From: Balanoglossus misakiensis
Taxonomy: Eukaryota > Animalia > Hemichordata
DNA length: 64,000 bases
Reading direction: 5' to 3'
Assembly: GCA_040954595.2 (NCBI GenBank)
Contig: CM082586.2
Coordinates: 337,023 to 401,022 of the forward strand
The translations under genes and the position numbers were made by a program. Of the stretch, positions 36,051 through 49,673 are shown in pieces; within the stretch, counting starts at the first letter, position 1; each line of letters starts with the position of its first letter. Below the pieces are notes generated by a model. The model was not told the DNA's origin. It saw only the letters and a list, made by a program, of their open reading frames with translations, and did not search any database.

Positions 36051-39000
36051 GAAAAAATCACCAAATTTCGAAAATTCGCAAAGTCGAAAAATTGTCATTT
36101 CTGGATGATTTTCATGAGCTATAACCCATGGTTTTTATCAAAAAATCACCAAATTTGGAAAATTCGCAAAGTCGAAAAATTGTCATTTCTGGATGATTTT
36201 CATGAGCTATAACCCATGGTTTTTATCAAAAAATCACCAAATACGCCAAGTCGAAAAATTGTCATTTCTGGATGATTTTCATGAGCTATAACCCATGGTT
36301 TTTATCAAAAAATCACCAAATTTGGAAAATTCGCAAAGTCGAAAAATTGTCATTTCTGGATGATTTTCATGAGCTATAACCCATGGTTTTTATCAAAAAA
36401 TCACCAAATTTCTAAAATTCGCAAAGTCGAAAAATTGTCATTTCAGGATGATTTTCATGAGCTATAACCCATGGTTTTTATGAAAAAATCACCAAATTTC
36501 GAAAATTCGCAAAGTCGAAAAATTGTCATTTCAGGATGATTTTCATGAGCTATAACCCATGGTTTTTATCAAAAAATCACCAAATTTCGAAAATTCGCAA
36601 AGTCGAAAAATTGTCATTTCTGGATGATTTTCATGAGCTATAACCCATGGTTTTTATGAAAAAATCACCAAATTTCGAAAATTCGCAAAGTCGAAAAATT
36701 GTCATTTCTGGATGATTTTCATGAGCTATAACCCATGGTTTTTATGAAAAAATCACCAAATTTCGAAAATTCGCAAAGTCGAAAAATTGTCATTTCTGGA
36801 TGATTTTCATGAGCTATAACCCATGCTTTTTATGAAAAAATCACCAAATTTCGAAAATTCGCAAAGTCGAAAAATTGTCATTTCTGGATGATTTTCATGA
36901 GCTATAACCCATGCTTTTTATCAAAAAATCACCAAATTTCGAAAATTCGCAAAGTCGAAAAATTGTCATTTCTGGATGATTTTCATGAGCTATAACCCAT
37001 GCTTTTTATCAAAAAATCACAAAATTTCGAAAATTCGCAAAGTCGAAAAATTGTCATTTCTGGATGATTTTCATGAGCTATAACCCATGCTTTTTATCAA
37101 AAAATCACCAAATTTCGAAAATTCGCTAAGTCGAAAACTTGTCATTTCTGGATGATTTTCATGAGCTATAACCCAAGCTCTTTATCAAAAAATCACCAAA
37201 TTTGGAAAATTCGTAAAGTCGAAAAATTGTCATTTCTGGATGATTTTCATGAGCTATAACCCATGGTTTTTATCAAAAAATCACCAAATTTGGAAAATTC
37301 GCAAAGTCGAAAAATTGTCATTTCTGGATGATTTTCATGAGCTATAACCCATGGTTTTTATGAAAAAATCACCAAATTTCCAAAATTCGCAAAGTCGAAA
37401 AATTGTCATTTCTGGATGATTTTCATGAGCTATAACCCATGGTTTTTATCAAAAAATCACCAAATTTCGAAAATTCGCAAAGTCGAAAAATTGTCATTTC
37501 TGGATGATTTTCATGAGCTATAACCCATGGTTTTTATCAAAAAATCACCAAATTTCGAAAATTCGCAAAGTCGACAAATTGTCATTTCTGGATGATTTTC
37601 ATGAGCTATAACCCATGGTTTTTATCAAAAAATCACCAAATTTCGAAAATTCGCAAAGTCGAAAAATTGTCATTTCTGGATGATTTTCATGAGCTATAAC
37701 CCATGGTTTTTATGAAAAAATCACCATATTTCGAAAATTCGCAAAGTCGAAAAATTGTCATTTCTGGATGATTTTCATGAGCTATAACCCATGGTTTTTT
37801 ATCAAAAAATCACCAAATTTGGAAAATTCGCAAAGTCGAAAAATTATCATTTCTGGATGATTTTCATGAGCTATAACCCATGGTTTTTGATCAAAAAATC
37901 ACCAAATTTCGAAAATTCGCAAAGTCGAAAAATTGTCATTTCTGGATGATTTTCATGAGCTATAACCCATGGTTTTTATGAAAAAATCACCAAATTTCGA
38001 AAATTCGCAAAGTCGAAAAATTGTCATTTCTGGATGATTTTCATGAGCTATAACCCATGGTTTTTATGAAAAAATCACCAAATTTCGAAAATTCGCAAAG
38101 TCGAAAAATTGTCATTTCTGGATGATTTTCATGAGCTATAACCCATGCTTTTTATGAAAAAATCACCAAATTTCGAAAATTCGCAAAGTCGAAAAATTGT
38201 CATTTCTGGATGATTTTCATGAGCTATAACCCATGCTTTTTATCAAAAAATCACAAAATTTGGAAAATTCGCAAAGTCGAAAAATTGTCATTTCTGGATG
38301 ATTTTCATGAGCTATAACCCATGCTTTTTATGAAAAAATCACCAAATTTCGAAAATTCGCAAAGTCGAAAAATTGTCATTTCTGGATGATTTTCATGAGC
38401 TATAACCCATGCTTTTTATCAAAAAATCACCAAATTTCGAAAATTCGCAAAGTCGAAAACTTGTCATTTCTGGATGATTTTCATGAGCTATAACCCAAGC
38501 TCTTTATCAAAAAATCACCAAATTTGGAAAATTCGTAAAGTCGAAAAATTGTCATTTCTGGATGATTTTCATGAGCTATAACCCATGGTTTTTATCAAAA
38601 AATCACCAAATTTGGAAAATTCGCAAAGTCGAAAAATTGTCATTTCTGGATGATTTTCATGAGCTATAACCCATGGTTTTTATCAAAAAATCACCAAATT
38701 TGGAAAATTCGCAAAGTCGAAAAATTGTCATTTCTGGATGTTTTTCATGAGCTATAACCCATGGTTTTTATCAAAAAATCACCAAATTTGGAAAATTCGC
38801 AAAGTCGAAAAATTGTCATTTCTGGATGATTTTCATGAGCTATAACCCATGGTTTTTATCAAAAAATCACCAAATTTGGAAAATTCGCAAAGTCGAAAAA
38901 TTGTCATTTCTGGATGATTTTCATGAGCTATAACCCATGGTTTTTATCGAAAAATCACCAAATTTCGAAAATTCGCAAAGTCGAAAAATTGTCATTTCTG

Positions 39001-42000
39001 GATGATTTTCATGAGCTATAACCCATGGTTTTTATCGAAAAATCACCAAATTTCGAAAATTCGCAAAGTCGAAAAATTGTCATTTCTGGATGATTTTCAT
39101 GAGCTATAACCCATGCTTTTTATCAAAAAATCACCAAATTTCGAAAATTGCAAAGTCGAAAAATTGTCATTTCTGGATGATTTTCATGAGCTATAACCCA
39201 TGCTTTTTATCAAAAAATCACCAAATTTCGAAAATTCGCAAAGTCGAAAAATTGTCATTTCTGGATGATTTTCATGAGCTATAACCCATGGTTTTTATCG
39301 AAAAATCACCAAATTTCGAAAATTCGCAAAGTCGAAAACTTGTCATTTCTGGATGATTTTCATGAGCTATAACCCAAGCTCTTTATCAAAAAATTACTAA
39401 ATTTGGAAAATTCGTAAAGTCGAAAAATTGTCATTTCTGGATGATTTTCATGAGCTATAACCCATGGTTTTTATCAAAAAATCACCAAATTTGGAAAATT
39501 CGCAAAGTCGAAAAATTGTCATTTCTGGATGATTTTCATGAGCTATAACCCATGGTTTTTATCGAAAAATCACCAAATTTCGAAAATTCGCAAAGTCGAA
39601 AAATTGTCATTTCTGGATGATTTTCATGAGCTATAACCCATGGTTTTTATCGAAAAATCACCAAATTTCGAAAATTCGCAAAGTCGAAAAATTGTCATTT
39701 CTGGATGATTTTCATGAGCTATAACCCATGGTTTTTATCAAAAAATCTCCAAATTTCGAAAATTCGCAAAGTCGAAAAATTGTCATTTCTGGATGATTTT
39801 CATGAGCTATAACCCATGGTTTTTATCAAAAAATCACCAAATTTCGAAAATTCGCAAAGTCGAAAACTTGTCATTTCTGGATGATTTTCATGAGCTATAA
39901 CCCAAGCTCTTTATCAAAAAATCACTAAATTTGGAAAATTCGTAAAGTCGAAAAATTGTCATTTCTGGATGATTTTCATGAGCTATAACCCATGGTTTTT
40001 ATCAAAAAATCACCAAATTTGGAAAATTCGCAAAGTCGAAAAATTGTCATTTCTGGATGATTTTCATGAGCTATAACCTATGGTTTTTATCGAAAAATCA
40101 CCAAATTTCGAAAATTCGCAAAGTCGAAAAATTGTCATTTCTGGATGATTTTCATGAGCTATAACCCATGGTTTTTATCGAAAAATCACCAAATTTCGAA
40201 AATTCGCAAAGTCGAAAAATTGTCATTTCTGGATGATTTTCATGAGCTATAACCCATGGTTTTTATCAAAAAATCACCAAATTTCGAAAATTCGCAAAGT
40301 CGAAAAATTGTCATTTCTGGATGATTTTCATGAGCTATAACCCATGGTTTTTATCAAAAAATCACCAAATTTGGAAAATTCGCAAAGTCGAAAAATTGTC
40401 ATTTCTGGATGATTTTCATGAGCTATAACCCATGGTTTTTATCAAAAAATCACCAAATTTGGAAAATTCGCAAAGTCGAAAAATTGTCATTTCTGGATGA
40501 TTTTCATGAGCTATAACCCATGGTTTTTATCAAAAAATCACCAAATTTGGAAAATTCGCAAAGTCGAAAAATTGTCATTTCTGGATGATTTTCATGAGCT
40601 ATAACCCATGGTTTTTATCAAAAAATCACCAAATTTGGAAAATTCGCAAAGTCGAAAAATTGTCATTTCTGGATGATTTTCATGAGCTATAACCCATGGT
40701 TTTTATCAAAAAATCACCAAATTTGGAAAATTCGCAAAGTCGAAAACTTGTCATTTCTGGATGATTTTCATGAGCTATAACCCATGGTTTTTATCAAAAA
40801 ATCACCAAATTTGGAAAATTCGCAAAGTCGAAAAATTGTCATTTCTGGATGTTTTTCATGAGCTATAACCCATGGTTTTTATCAAAAAATCACCAAATTT
40901 GGAAAATTCGCAAAGTCGAAAAATTGTCATTTCTGGATGATTTTCATGAGCTATAACCCATGGTTTTTATCGAAAAATCACCAAATTTCGAAAATTCGCA
41001 AAGTCGAAAAATTGTCATTTCTGGATGATTTTCATGAGCTATAACCCATGGTTTTTATCGAAGAATCACCAAATTTCGAAAATTCGCAAAGTCGAAAAAT
41101 TGTCATTTCTGGATGATTTTCATGAGCTATAACCCATGGTTTTTATCAAAAAATCACCAAATTTCGAAAATTCGCAAAGTCGAAAAATTGTCATTTCTGG
41201 ATGATTTTCATGAGCTATAACCCATGGTTTTTATCAAAAAATCACCAAATTTGGAAAATTCGCAAAGTCGAAAAATTGTCATTTCTGGATGATTTTCATG
41301 AGCTATAACCCATGGTTTTTATCAAAAAATCACCAAATTTGGAAAATTCGCAAAGTCGAAAAATTGTCATTTCTGGATGATTTTCATGAGCTATAACCCA
41401 TGGTTTTTATCAAAAAATCACCAAATTTGGAAAATTCGCAAAGTCGAAAAATTGTCATTTCTGGATGATTTTCATGAGCTATAACCCATGGTTTTTATCA
41501 AAAAATCACCAAATTTGGAAAATTCGCAAAGTTGAAAAATTGTCATTTCTGGATGATTTTCATGAGCTATAACCCATGGTTTTTATCAAAAAATCACCAA
41601 ATTTGGAAAATTCGCTAAGTCGAAAAATTGTCATTTCTGGATGATTTTCATGAGCTATAACCCATGGTTTTTATCAAAAAATCACCAAATTTCGAAAATT
41701 CGCAAAGTCGAAAAATTGTCATTTCTGGATGATTTTCATGAGCTATAACCCATGGTTTTTATCGAAAAATCACCAAATTTCGAAAATTCGCAAAGTCGAA
41801 AAATTGTCATTTCTGGATGATTTTCATGAGCTATAACCCATGGTTTTTATCGAAAAATCACCAAATTTCGAAAATTCGCAAAGTCGAAAAATTGTCATTT
41901 CTGGATGATTTTCATGAGCTATAACCCATGGTTTTTATCAAAAAATCACCAAATTTGGAAAATTCGCAAAGTCGAAAAATTGTCATTTCTGGATGATTTT

Positions 42001-45000
42001 CATGAGCTATAACCCATGGTTTTTATCAAAAAATCACCAAATTTGGAAAATTCGCAAAGTCGAAAAATTGTCATTTCTGGATGATTTTCATGAGCTATAA
42101 CCCATGGTTTTTATCAAAAAATCACCAAATTTGGAAAATTCGCTAAGTCGAAAAATTGTCATTTCTGGATGATTTTCATGAGCTATAACCCATGGTTTTT
42201 ATCAAAAAATCACCAAATTTGGAAAATTCGCAAAGTCGAAAAATTGTCATTTCTGGATGATTTTCATGAGCTATAACCCATGGTTTTTATCAAAAAATAA
42301 CCAAATTTGGAAAATTCGCAAAGTCGAAAAATTGTCATTTCTGGATGATTTTCATGAGCTATAACCCATGGTTTTTATCAAAAAATCACCAAATTTGGAA
42401 AATTCGCAAAGTCGAAAAATTGTCATTTCTGGATGATTTTCATGAGCTATAACCCATGGTTTTTATCGAAAAATCACCAAATTTGGAAAATTCGCAAAGT
42501 CGAAAAATTGTCATTTCTGGATGATTTTCATGAGCTATAACCCATGGTTTTTATCGAAGAATCACCAAATTTCGAAAATTCGCAAAGTCGAAAAATTGTC
42601 ATTTCTGGATGATTTTCATGAGCTATAACCCATGGTTTTTATCGAAGAATCACCAAATTTCGAAAATTCGCAAAGTCGAAAAATTGTCATTTCTGGATGA
42701 TTTTCATGAGCTATAACCCATGGTTTTTATCAAAAAATCACCAAATTTCGAAAATTCGCAAAGTCGAAAAATTGTCATTTCTGGATGATTTTCATGAGCT
42801 ATAACCCATGGTTTTTATCAAAAAATCACCAAATTTGGAAAATTCGCAAAGTCGAAAAATTGTCATTTCTGGATGATTTTCATGAGCTATAACCCATGGT
42901 TTTTATCAAAAAATCACCAAATTTGGAAAATTCGCAAAGTCGAAAAATTGTCATTTCTGGATGATTTTCATGAGCTATAACCCATGGTTTTTATCAAAAA
43001 ATCACCAAATTTGGAAAATTCGCAAAGTCGAAAAATTGTCATTTCTGGATGATTTTCATGAGCTATAACCCATGGTTTTTATCAAAAAATCACCAAATTT
43101 GGAAAATTCGCTAAGTCGAAAAATTGTCATTTCTGGATGATTTTCATGAGCTATAACCCATGGTTTTTATCAAAAAATCACCAAATTTGGAAAATTCGCA
43201 AAGTCGAAAAATTGTCATTTCTGGATGATTTTCATGAGCTATAACCCATGGTTTTTATCAAAAAATAACCAAATTTGGAAAATTCGCAAAGTCGAAAAAT
43301 TGTCATTTCTGGATGATTTTCATGAGCTATAACCCATGGTTTTTATCAAAAAATCACCAAATTTGGAAAATTCGCAAAGTCGAAAAATTGTCATTTCTGG
43401 ATGATTTTCATGAGCTATAACCCATGGTTTTTATCGAAAAATCACCAAATTTGGAAAATTCGCAAAGTCGAAAAATTGTCATTTCTGGATGATTTTCATG
43501 AGCTATAACCCATGGTTTTTATCGAAGAATCACCAAATTTCGAAAATTCGCAAAGTCGAAAAATTGTCATTTCTGGATGATTTTCATGAGCTATAACCCA
43601 TGGTTTTTATCGAAGAATCACCAAATTTCGAAAATTCGCAAAGTCGAAAAATTGTCATTTCTGGATGATTTTCATGAGCTATAACCCATGGTTTTTATCA
43701 AAAAATCACCAAATTTCGAAAATTCGCAAAGTCGAAAAATTGTCATTTCTGGATGATTTTCATGAGCTATAACCCATGGTTTTTATCAAAAAATCACCAA
43801 ATTTGGAAAATTCGCAAAGTCGAAAAATTGTCATTTCTGGATGATTTTCATGAGCTATAACCCATGGTTTTTATCAAAAAATCACCAAATTTGGAAAATT
43901 CGCAAAGTCGAAAAATTGTCATTTCTGGATGATTTTCATGAGCTATAACCCATGGTTTTTATCAAAAAATCACCAAATTTGGAAAATTCGCAAAGTCGAA
44001 AAATTGTCATTTCTGGATGATTTTCATGAGCTATAACCCATGGTTTTTATCAAAAAATCACCAAATTTGGAAAATTCGCAAAGTCGAAAAATTGTCATTT
44101 CTGGATGATTTTCATGAGCTATAACCCATGGTTTTTATCAAAAAATCACCAAATTTGGAAAATTCGCAAAGTCGAAAAATTGTCATTTCTGGATGATTTT
44201 CATGAGCTATAACCCATGGTTTTTATCAAAAAATCACCAAATTTGGAAAATTCGCAAAGTTGAAAAATTGTCATTTCTGGATGATTTTCATGAGCTATAA
44301 CCCATGGTTTTTATCAAAAAATCACCAAATTTGGAAAATTCGCTAAGTCGAAAAATTGTCATTTCTGGATGATTTTCATGAGCTATAACCCATGGTTTTT
44401 ATCAAAAAATCACCAAATTTGGAAAATTCGCAAAGTCGAAAAATTGTCATTTCTGGATGATTTTCATGAGCTATAACCCATGGTTTTTATCGAAAAATCA
44501 CCAAATTTCGAAAATTCGCAAAGTCGAAAAATTGTCATTTCTGGATGATTTTCATGAGCTATAACCCATGGTTTTTATCGAAAAATCACCAAATTTCGAA
44601 AATTCGCAAAGTCGAAAAATTGTCATTTCTGGATGATTTTCATGAGCTATAACCCATGGTTTTTATCAAAAAATCACCAAATTTGGAAAATTCGCAAAGT
44701 CGAAAAATTGTCATTTCTGGATGATTTTCATGAGCTATAACCCATGGTTTTTATCAAAAAATCACCAAATTTGGAAAATTCGCAAAGTCGAAAAATTGTC
44801 ATTTCTGGATGATTTTCATGAGCTATAACCCATGGTTTTTATCAAAAAATCACCAAATTTGGAAAATTCGCAAAGTCGAAAAATTGTCATTTCTGGATGA
44901 TTTTCATGAGCTATAACCCATGGTTTTTATCAAAAAATAACCAAATTTGGAAAATTCGCAAAGTCGAAAAATTGTCATTTCTGGATGATTTTCATGAGCT

Positions 45001-48000
45001 ATAACCCATGGTTTTTATCAAAAAATCACCAAATTTGGAAAATTCGCAAAGTCGAAAAATTGTCATTTCTGGATGTTTTTCATGAGCTATAACCCATGGT
45101 TTTTATCAAAAAATCACCAAATTTGGAAAATTCGCAAAGTCGAAAAATTGTCATTTCTGGATGATTTTCATGTGCTATAACCCATGGTTTTTATCGAAAA
45201 ATCACCAAATTTCGAAAATTCGCAAAGTCGAAAAATTGTCATTTCTGGATGATTTTCATGAGCTATAACCCATGGTTTTTATCGAAGAATCACCAAATTT
45301 CGAAAATTCGCAAAGTCGAAAAATTGTCATTTCTGGATGATTTTCATGAGCTATAACCCATGGTTTTTATCAAAAAATCACCAAATTTCGAAAATTCGCA
45401 AAGTCGAAAAATTGTCATTTCTGGATGATTTTCATGAGCTATAACCCATGGTTTTTATCAAAAAATCACCAAATTTGGAAAATTCGCAAAGTCGAAAAAT
45501 TGTCATTTCTGGATGATTTTCATGAGCTATAACCCATGGTTTTTATCAAAAAATCACCAAATTTGGAAAATTCGCAAAGTCGAAAAATTGTCATTTCTGG
45601 ATGATTTTCATGAGCTATAACCCATGGTTTTTATCAAAAAATCACCAAATTTGGAAAATTCGCAAAGTCGAAAAATTGTCATTTCTGGATGATTTTCATG
45701 AGCTATAACCCATGGTTTTTATCAAAAAATCACCAAATTTGGAAAATTCGCAAAGTCGAAAAATTGTCATTTCTGGATGATTTTCATGAGCTATAACCCA
45801 TGGTTTTTATCAAAAAATCACCAAATTTGGAAAATTCGCAAAGTCGAAAAATTGTCATTTCTGGATGATTTTCATGAGCTATAACCCATGGTTTTTATCA
45901 AAAAATCACCAAATTTGGAAAATTCGCAAAGTCGAAAAATTGTCATTTCTGGATGATTTTCATGAGCTATAACCCATGGTTTTTATCAAAAAATCACCAA
46001 ATTTGGAAAATTCGCAAAGTTGAAAAATTGTCATTTCTGGATGATTTTCATGAGCTATAACCCATGGTTTTTATCAAACAATCACCAAATTTGGAAAATT
46101 CGCTAAGTCGAAAAATTGTCATTTCTGGATGATTTTCATGAGCTATAACCCATGGTTTTTATCGAAAAATCACCAAATTTCGAAAATTCGCAAAGTCGAA
46201 AAATTGTCATTTCTGGATGATTTTCATGAGCTATAACCCATGGTTTTTATCGAAAAATCACCAAATTTCGAAAATTCGCAAAGTCGAAAAATTGTCATTT
46301 CTGGATGATTTTCATGAGCTATAACCCATGGTTTTTATCGAAAAATCACCAAATTTCGAAAATTCGCAAAGTCGAAAAATTGTCATTTCTGGATGATTTT
46401 CATGAGCTATAACCCATGGTTTTTATCAAAAAATCACCAAATTTGGAAAATTCGCAAAGTCGAAAAATTGTCATTTCTGGATGATTTTCATGAGCTATAA
46501 CCCATGGTTTTTATCAAAAAATCACCAAATTTGGAAAATTCGCAAAGTCGAAAAATTGTCATTTCTGGATGATTTTCATGAGCTATAACCCATGGTTTTT
46601 ATCAAAAAATCACCAAATTTGGAAATTTCGCAAAGTCGAAAAATTGTCATTTCTGGATGATTTTCATGAGCTATAACCCATGGTTTTTATCAAAAAATCA
46701 CCAAATTTGGAAATTTCGCAAAGTCGAAAAATTGTCATTTCTGGATGATTTTCATGAGCTATAACCCATGGTTTTTATCAAAAAATCACCAAATTTGGAA
46801 AATTCGCAAAGTCGAAAAATTGTCATTTCTGGATGATTTTCATGAGCTATAACCCATGGTTTTTATCAAAAAATAACCAAATTTGGAAAATTCGCAAAGT
46901 CGAAAAATTGTCATTTCTGGATGATTTTCATGAGCTATAACCCATGGTTTTTATCAAAAAATCACCAAATTTGGAAAATTCGCAAAGTCGAAAAATTGTC
47001 ATTTCTGGATGATTTTCATGAGCTATAACCCATGGTTTTTATCAAAAAATCACCAAATTTGGAAAATTCGCAAAGTCGAAAAATTGTCATTTCTGGATGA
47101 TTTTCATGAGCTATAACCCATGGTTTTTATCAAAAAATCACCAAATTTGGAAAATTCGCAAAGTCGAAAAATTGTCATTTCTGGATGATTTTCATGAGCT
47201 ATAACCCATGGTTTTTATCAAAAAATCACCAAATTTGGAAAATTCGCAAAGTTGAAAAATTGTCATTTCTGGATGATTTTCATGAGCTATAACCCATGGT
47301 TTTTATCAAACAATCACCAAATTTGGAAAATTCGCTAAGTCGAAAAATTGTCATTTCTGGATGATTTTCATGAGCTATAACCCATGGTTTTTATCGAAAA
47401 ATCACCAAATTTCGAAAATTCGCAAAGTCGAAAAATTGTCATTTCTGGATGATTTTCATGAGCTATAACCCATGGTTTTTATCGAAAAATCACCAAATTT
47501 CGAAAATTCGCAAAGTCGAAAAATTGTCATTTCTGGATGATTTTCATGAGCTATAACCCATGGTTTTTATCGAAAAATCACCAAATTTCGAAAATTCGCA
47601 AAGTCGAAAAATTGTCATTTCTGGATGATTTTCATGAGCTATAACCCATGGTTTTTATCAAAAAATCACCAAATTTGGAAAATTCGCAAAGTCGAAAAAT
47701 TGTCATTTCTGGATGATTTTCATGAGCTATAACCCATGGTTTTTATCAAAAAATCACCAAATTTGGAAAATTCGCAAAGTCGAAAAATTGTCATTTCTGG
47801 ATGATTTTCATGAGCTATAACCCATGGTTTTTATCAAAAAATCACCAAATTTGGAAATTTCGCAAAGTCGAAAAATTGTCATTTCTGGATGATTTTCATG
47901 AGCTATAACCCATGGTTTTTATCAAAAAATCACCAAATTTGGAAAATTCGCAAAGTCGAAAAATTGTCATTTCTGGATGATTTTCATGAGCTATAACCCA

Positions 48001-49630
48001 TGGTTTTTATCAAAAAATAACCAAATTTGGAAAATTCGCAAAGTCGAAAAATTGTCATTTCTGGATGATTTTCATGAGCTATAACCCATGGTTTTATCAA
48101 AAAATCACCAAATTTGGAAAATTCGCAAAGTCGAAAAATTGTCATTTCTGGATGATTTTCATGAGCTATAACCCATGGTTTTTATCAAAAAATCACCAAA
48201 TTTGGAAAATTCGCAAAGTCGAAAAATTGTCATTTCTGGATGATTTTCATGAGCTATAACCCATGGTTTTTATCAAAAAATCACCAAATTTCGAAAATTC
48301 GCAAAGTCGAAAAATTGTCATTTCTGGATGATTTTCATGAGCTATAACCCATGGTTTTTATCGAAAAATCACCAAATTTCGAAAATTCGCAAAGTCGAAA
48401 AATTGTCATTTCTGGATGATTTTCATGAGCTATAACCCATGGTTTTTATCAAAAAATCACCAAATTTGGAAAATTCGCAAAGTCGAAAAATTGTCATTTC
48501 TGGATGATTTTCATGAGCTATAACCCATGGTTTTTATCAAAAAATCACCAAATTTGGAAAATTCGCAAAGTCGAAAAATTGTCATTTCTGGATGATTTTC
48601 ATGAGCTATAACCCATGGTTTTTATCAAAAAATCACCAAATTTGGAAAATTCGCTAAGTCGAAAAATTGTCATTTCTGGATGATTTTCATGAGCTATAAC
48701 CCATGGTTTTTATCAAAAAATCACCAAATTTGGAAAATTCGCAAAGTCGAAAAATTGTCATTTCTGGATGATTTTCATGAGCTATAACCCATGGTTTTTA
48801 TCAAAAAATCACCAAATTTGGAAAATTCGCAAAGTCGAAAAATTGTCATTTCTGGATGATTTTCATGAGCTATAACCCATGGTTTTTATCAAAAAATCAC
48901 CAAATTTCGAAAATTCGCAAAGTCGAAAAATTGTCATTTCTGGATGATTTTCATGAGCTATAACCCATGGTTTTTATCAAAAAATCACCAAATTTCGAAA
49001 ATTCGCAAAGTCGAAAAATTGTCATTTCTGGATGATTTTCATGAGCTATAACCCATGGTTTTTATCAAAAAATCACCAAATTTGGAAAATTTGCTAAGTC
49101 GAAAAATTGTCATTTCTGGATGATTTTCATGAGCTATAACCCATGGTTTTTATCAAAAAATAACCAAATTTGGAAAATTCGCAAAGTCGAAAAATTGTCA
49201 TTTCTGGATGATTTTCATGAGCTATAACCCATGGTTTTTATCAAAAAATCACCAAATTTGGAAAATTCGCAAAGTCGAAAAATTGTCATTTCTGGATGAT
49301 TTTCATGAGCTATAACCCATGGTTTTTATCAAAAAATCACCAAATTTGGAAAATTCGCAAAGTCGAAAAATTGTCATTTCTGGATGATTTTCATGAGCTA
49401 TAACCCATGGTTTTTATCAAAAAATCACCAAATTTGGAAAATTCGCAAAGTCGAAAAATTGTCATTTCTGGATGATTTTCATGAGCTATAACCCATGGTT
49501 TTTATCAAAAAATCACCAAATTTGGAAAATTCGCAAAGTCGAAAAATTGTCATTTCTGGATGATTTTCATGAGCTATAACCCATGGTTGTTATCAAAAAA
49601 TCACCAAATTCGGAAAATTCGCAAAGTCGA
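36051..49630 (+). repeat. Satellite type B block, ~154 x 88-bp monomers
   Basis: Monomer gaaaaattgtcatttctggatgattttcatgagctataacccatggtttttatcaaaaaatcaccaaattt(c/g)gaaaattcgcaaagtc. Period 88 (36341 to 36429). Alignable to the reverse complement of type A. Confidence 0.98.
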
Positions 49631-49673
49631 TTTTTTGAATTTGCGAATTTTCGAAATTTGGTCGATTTTTGAC

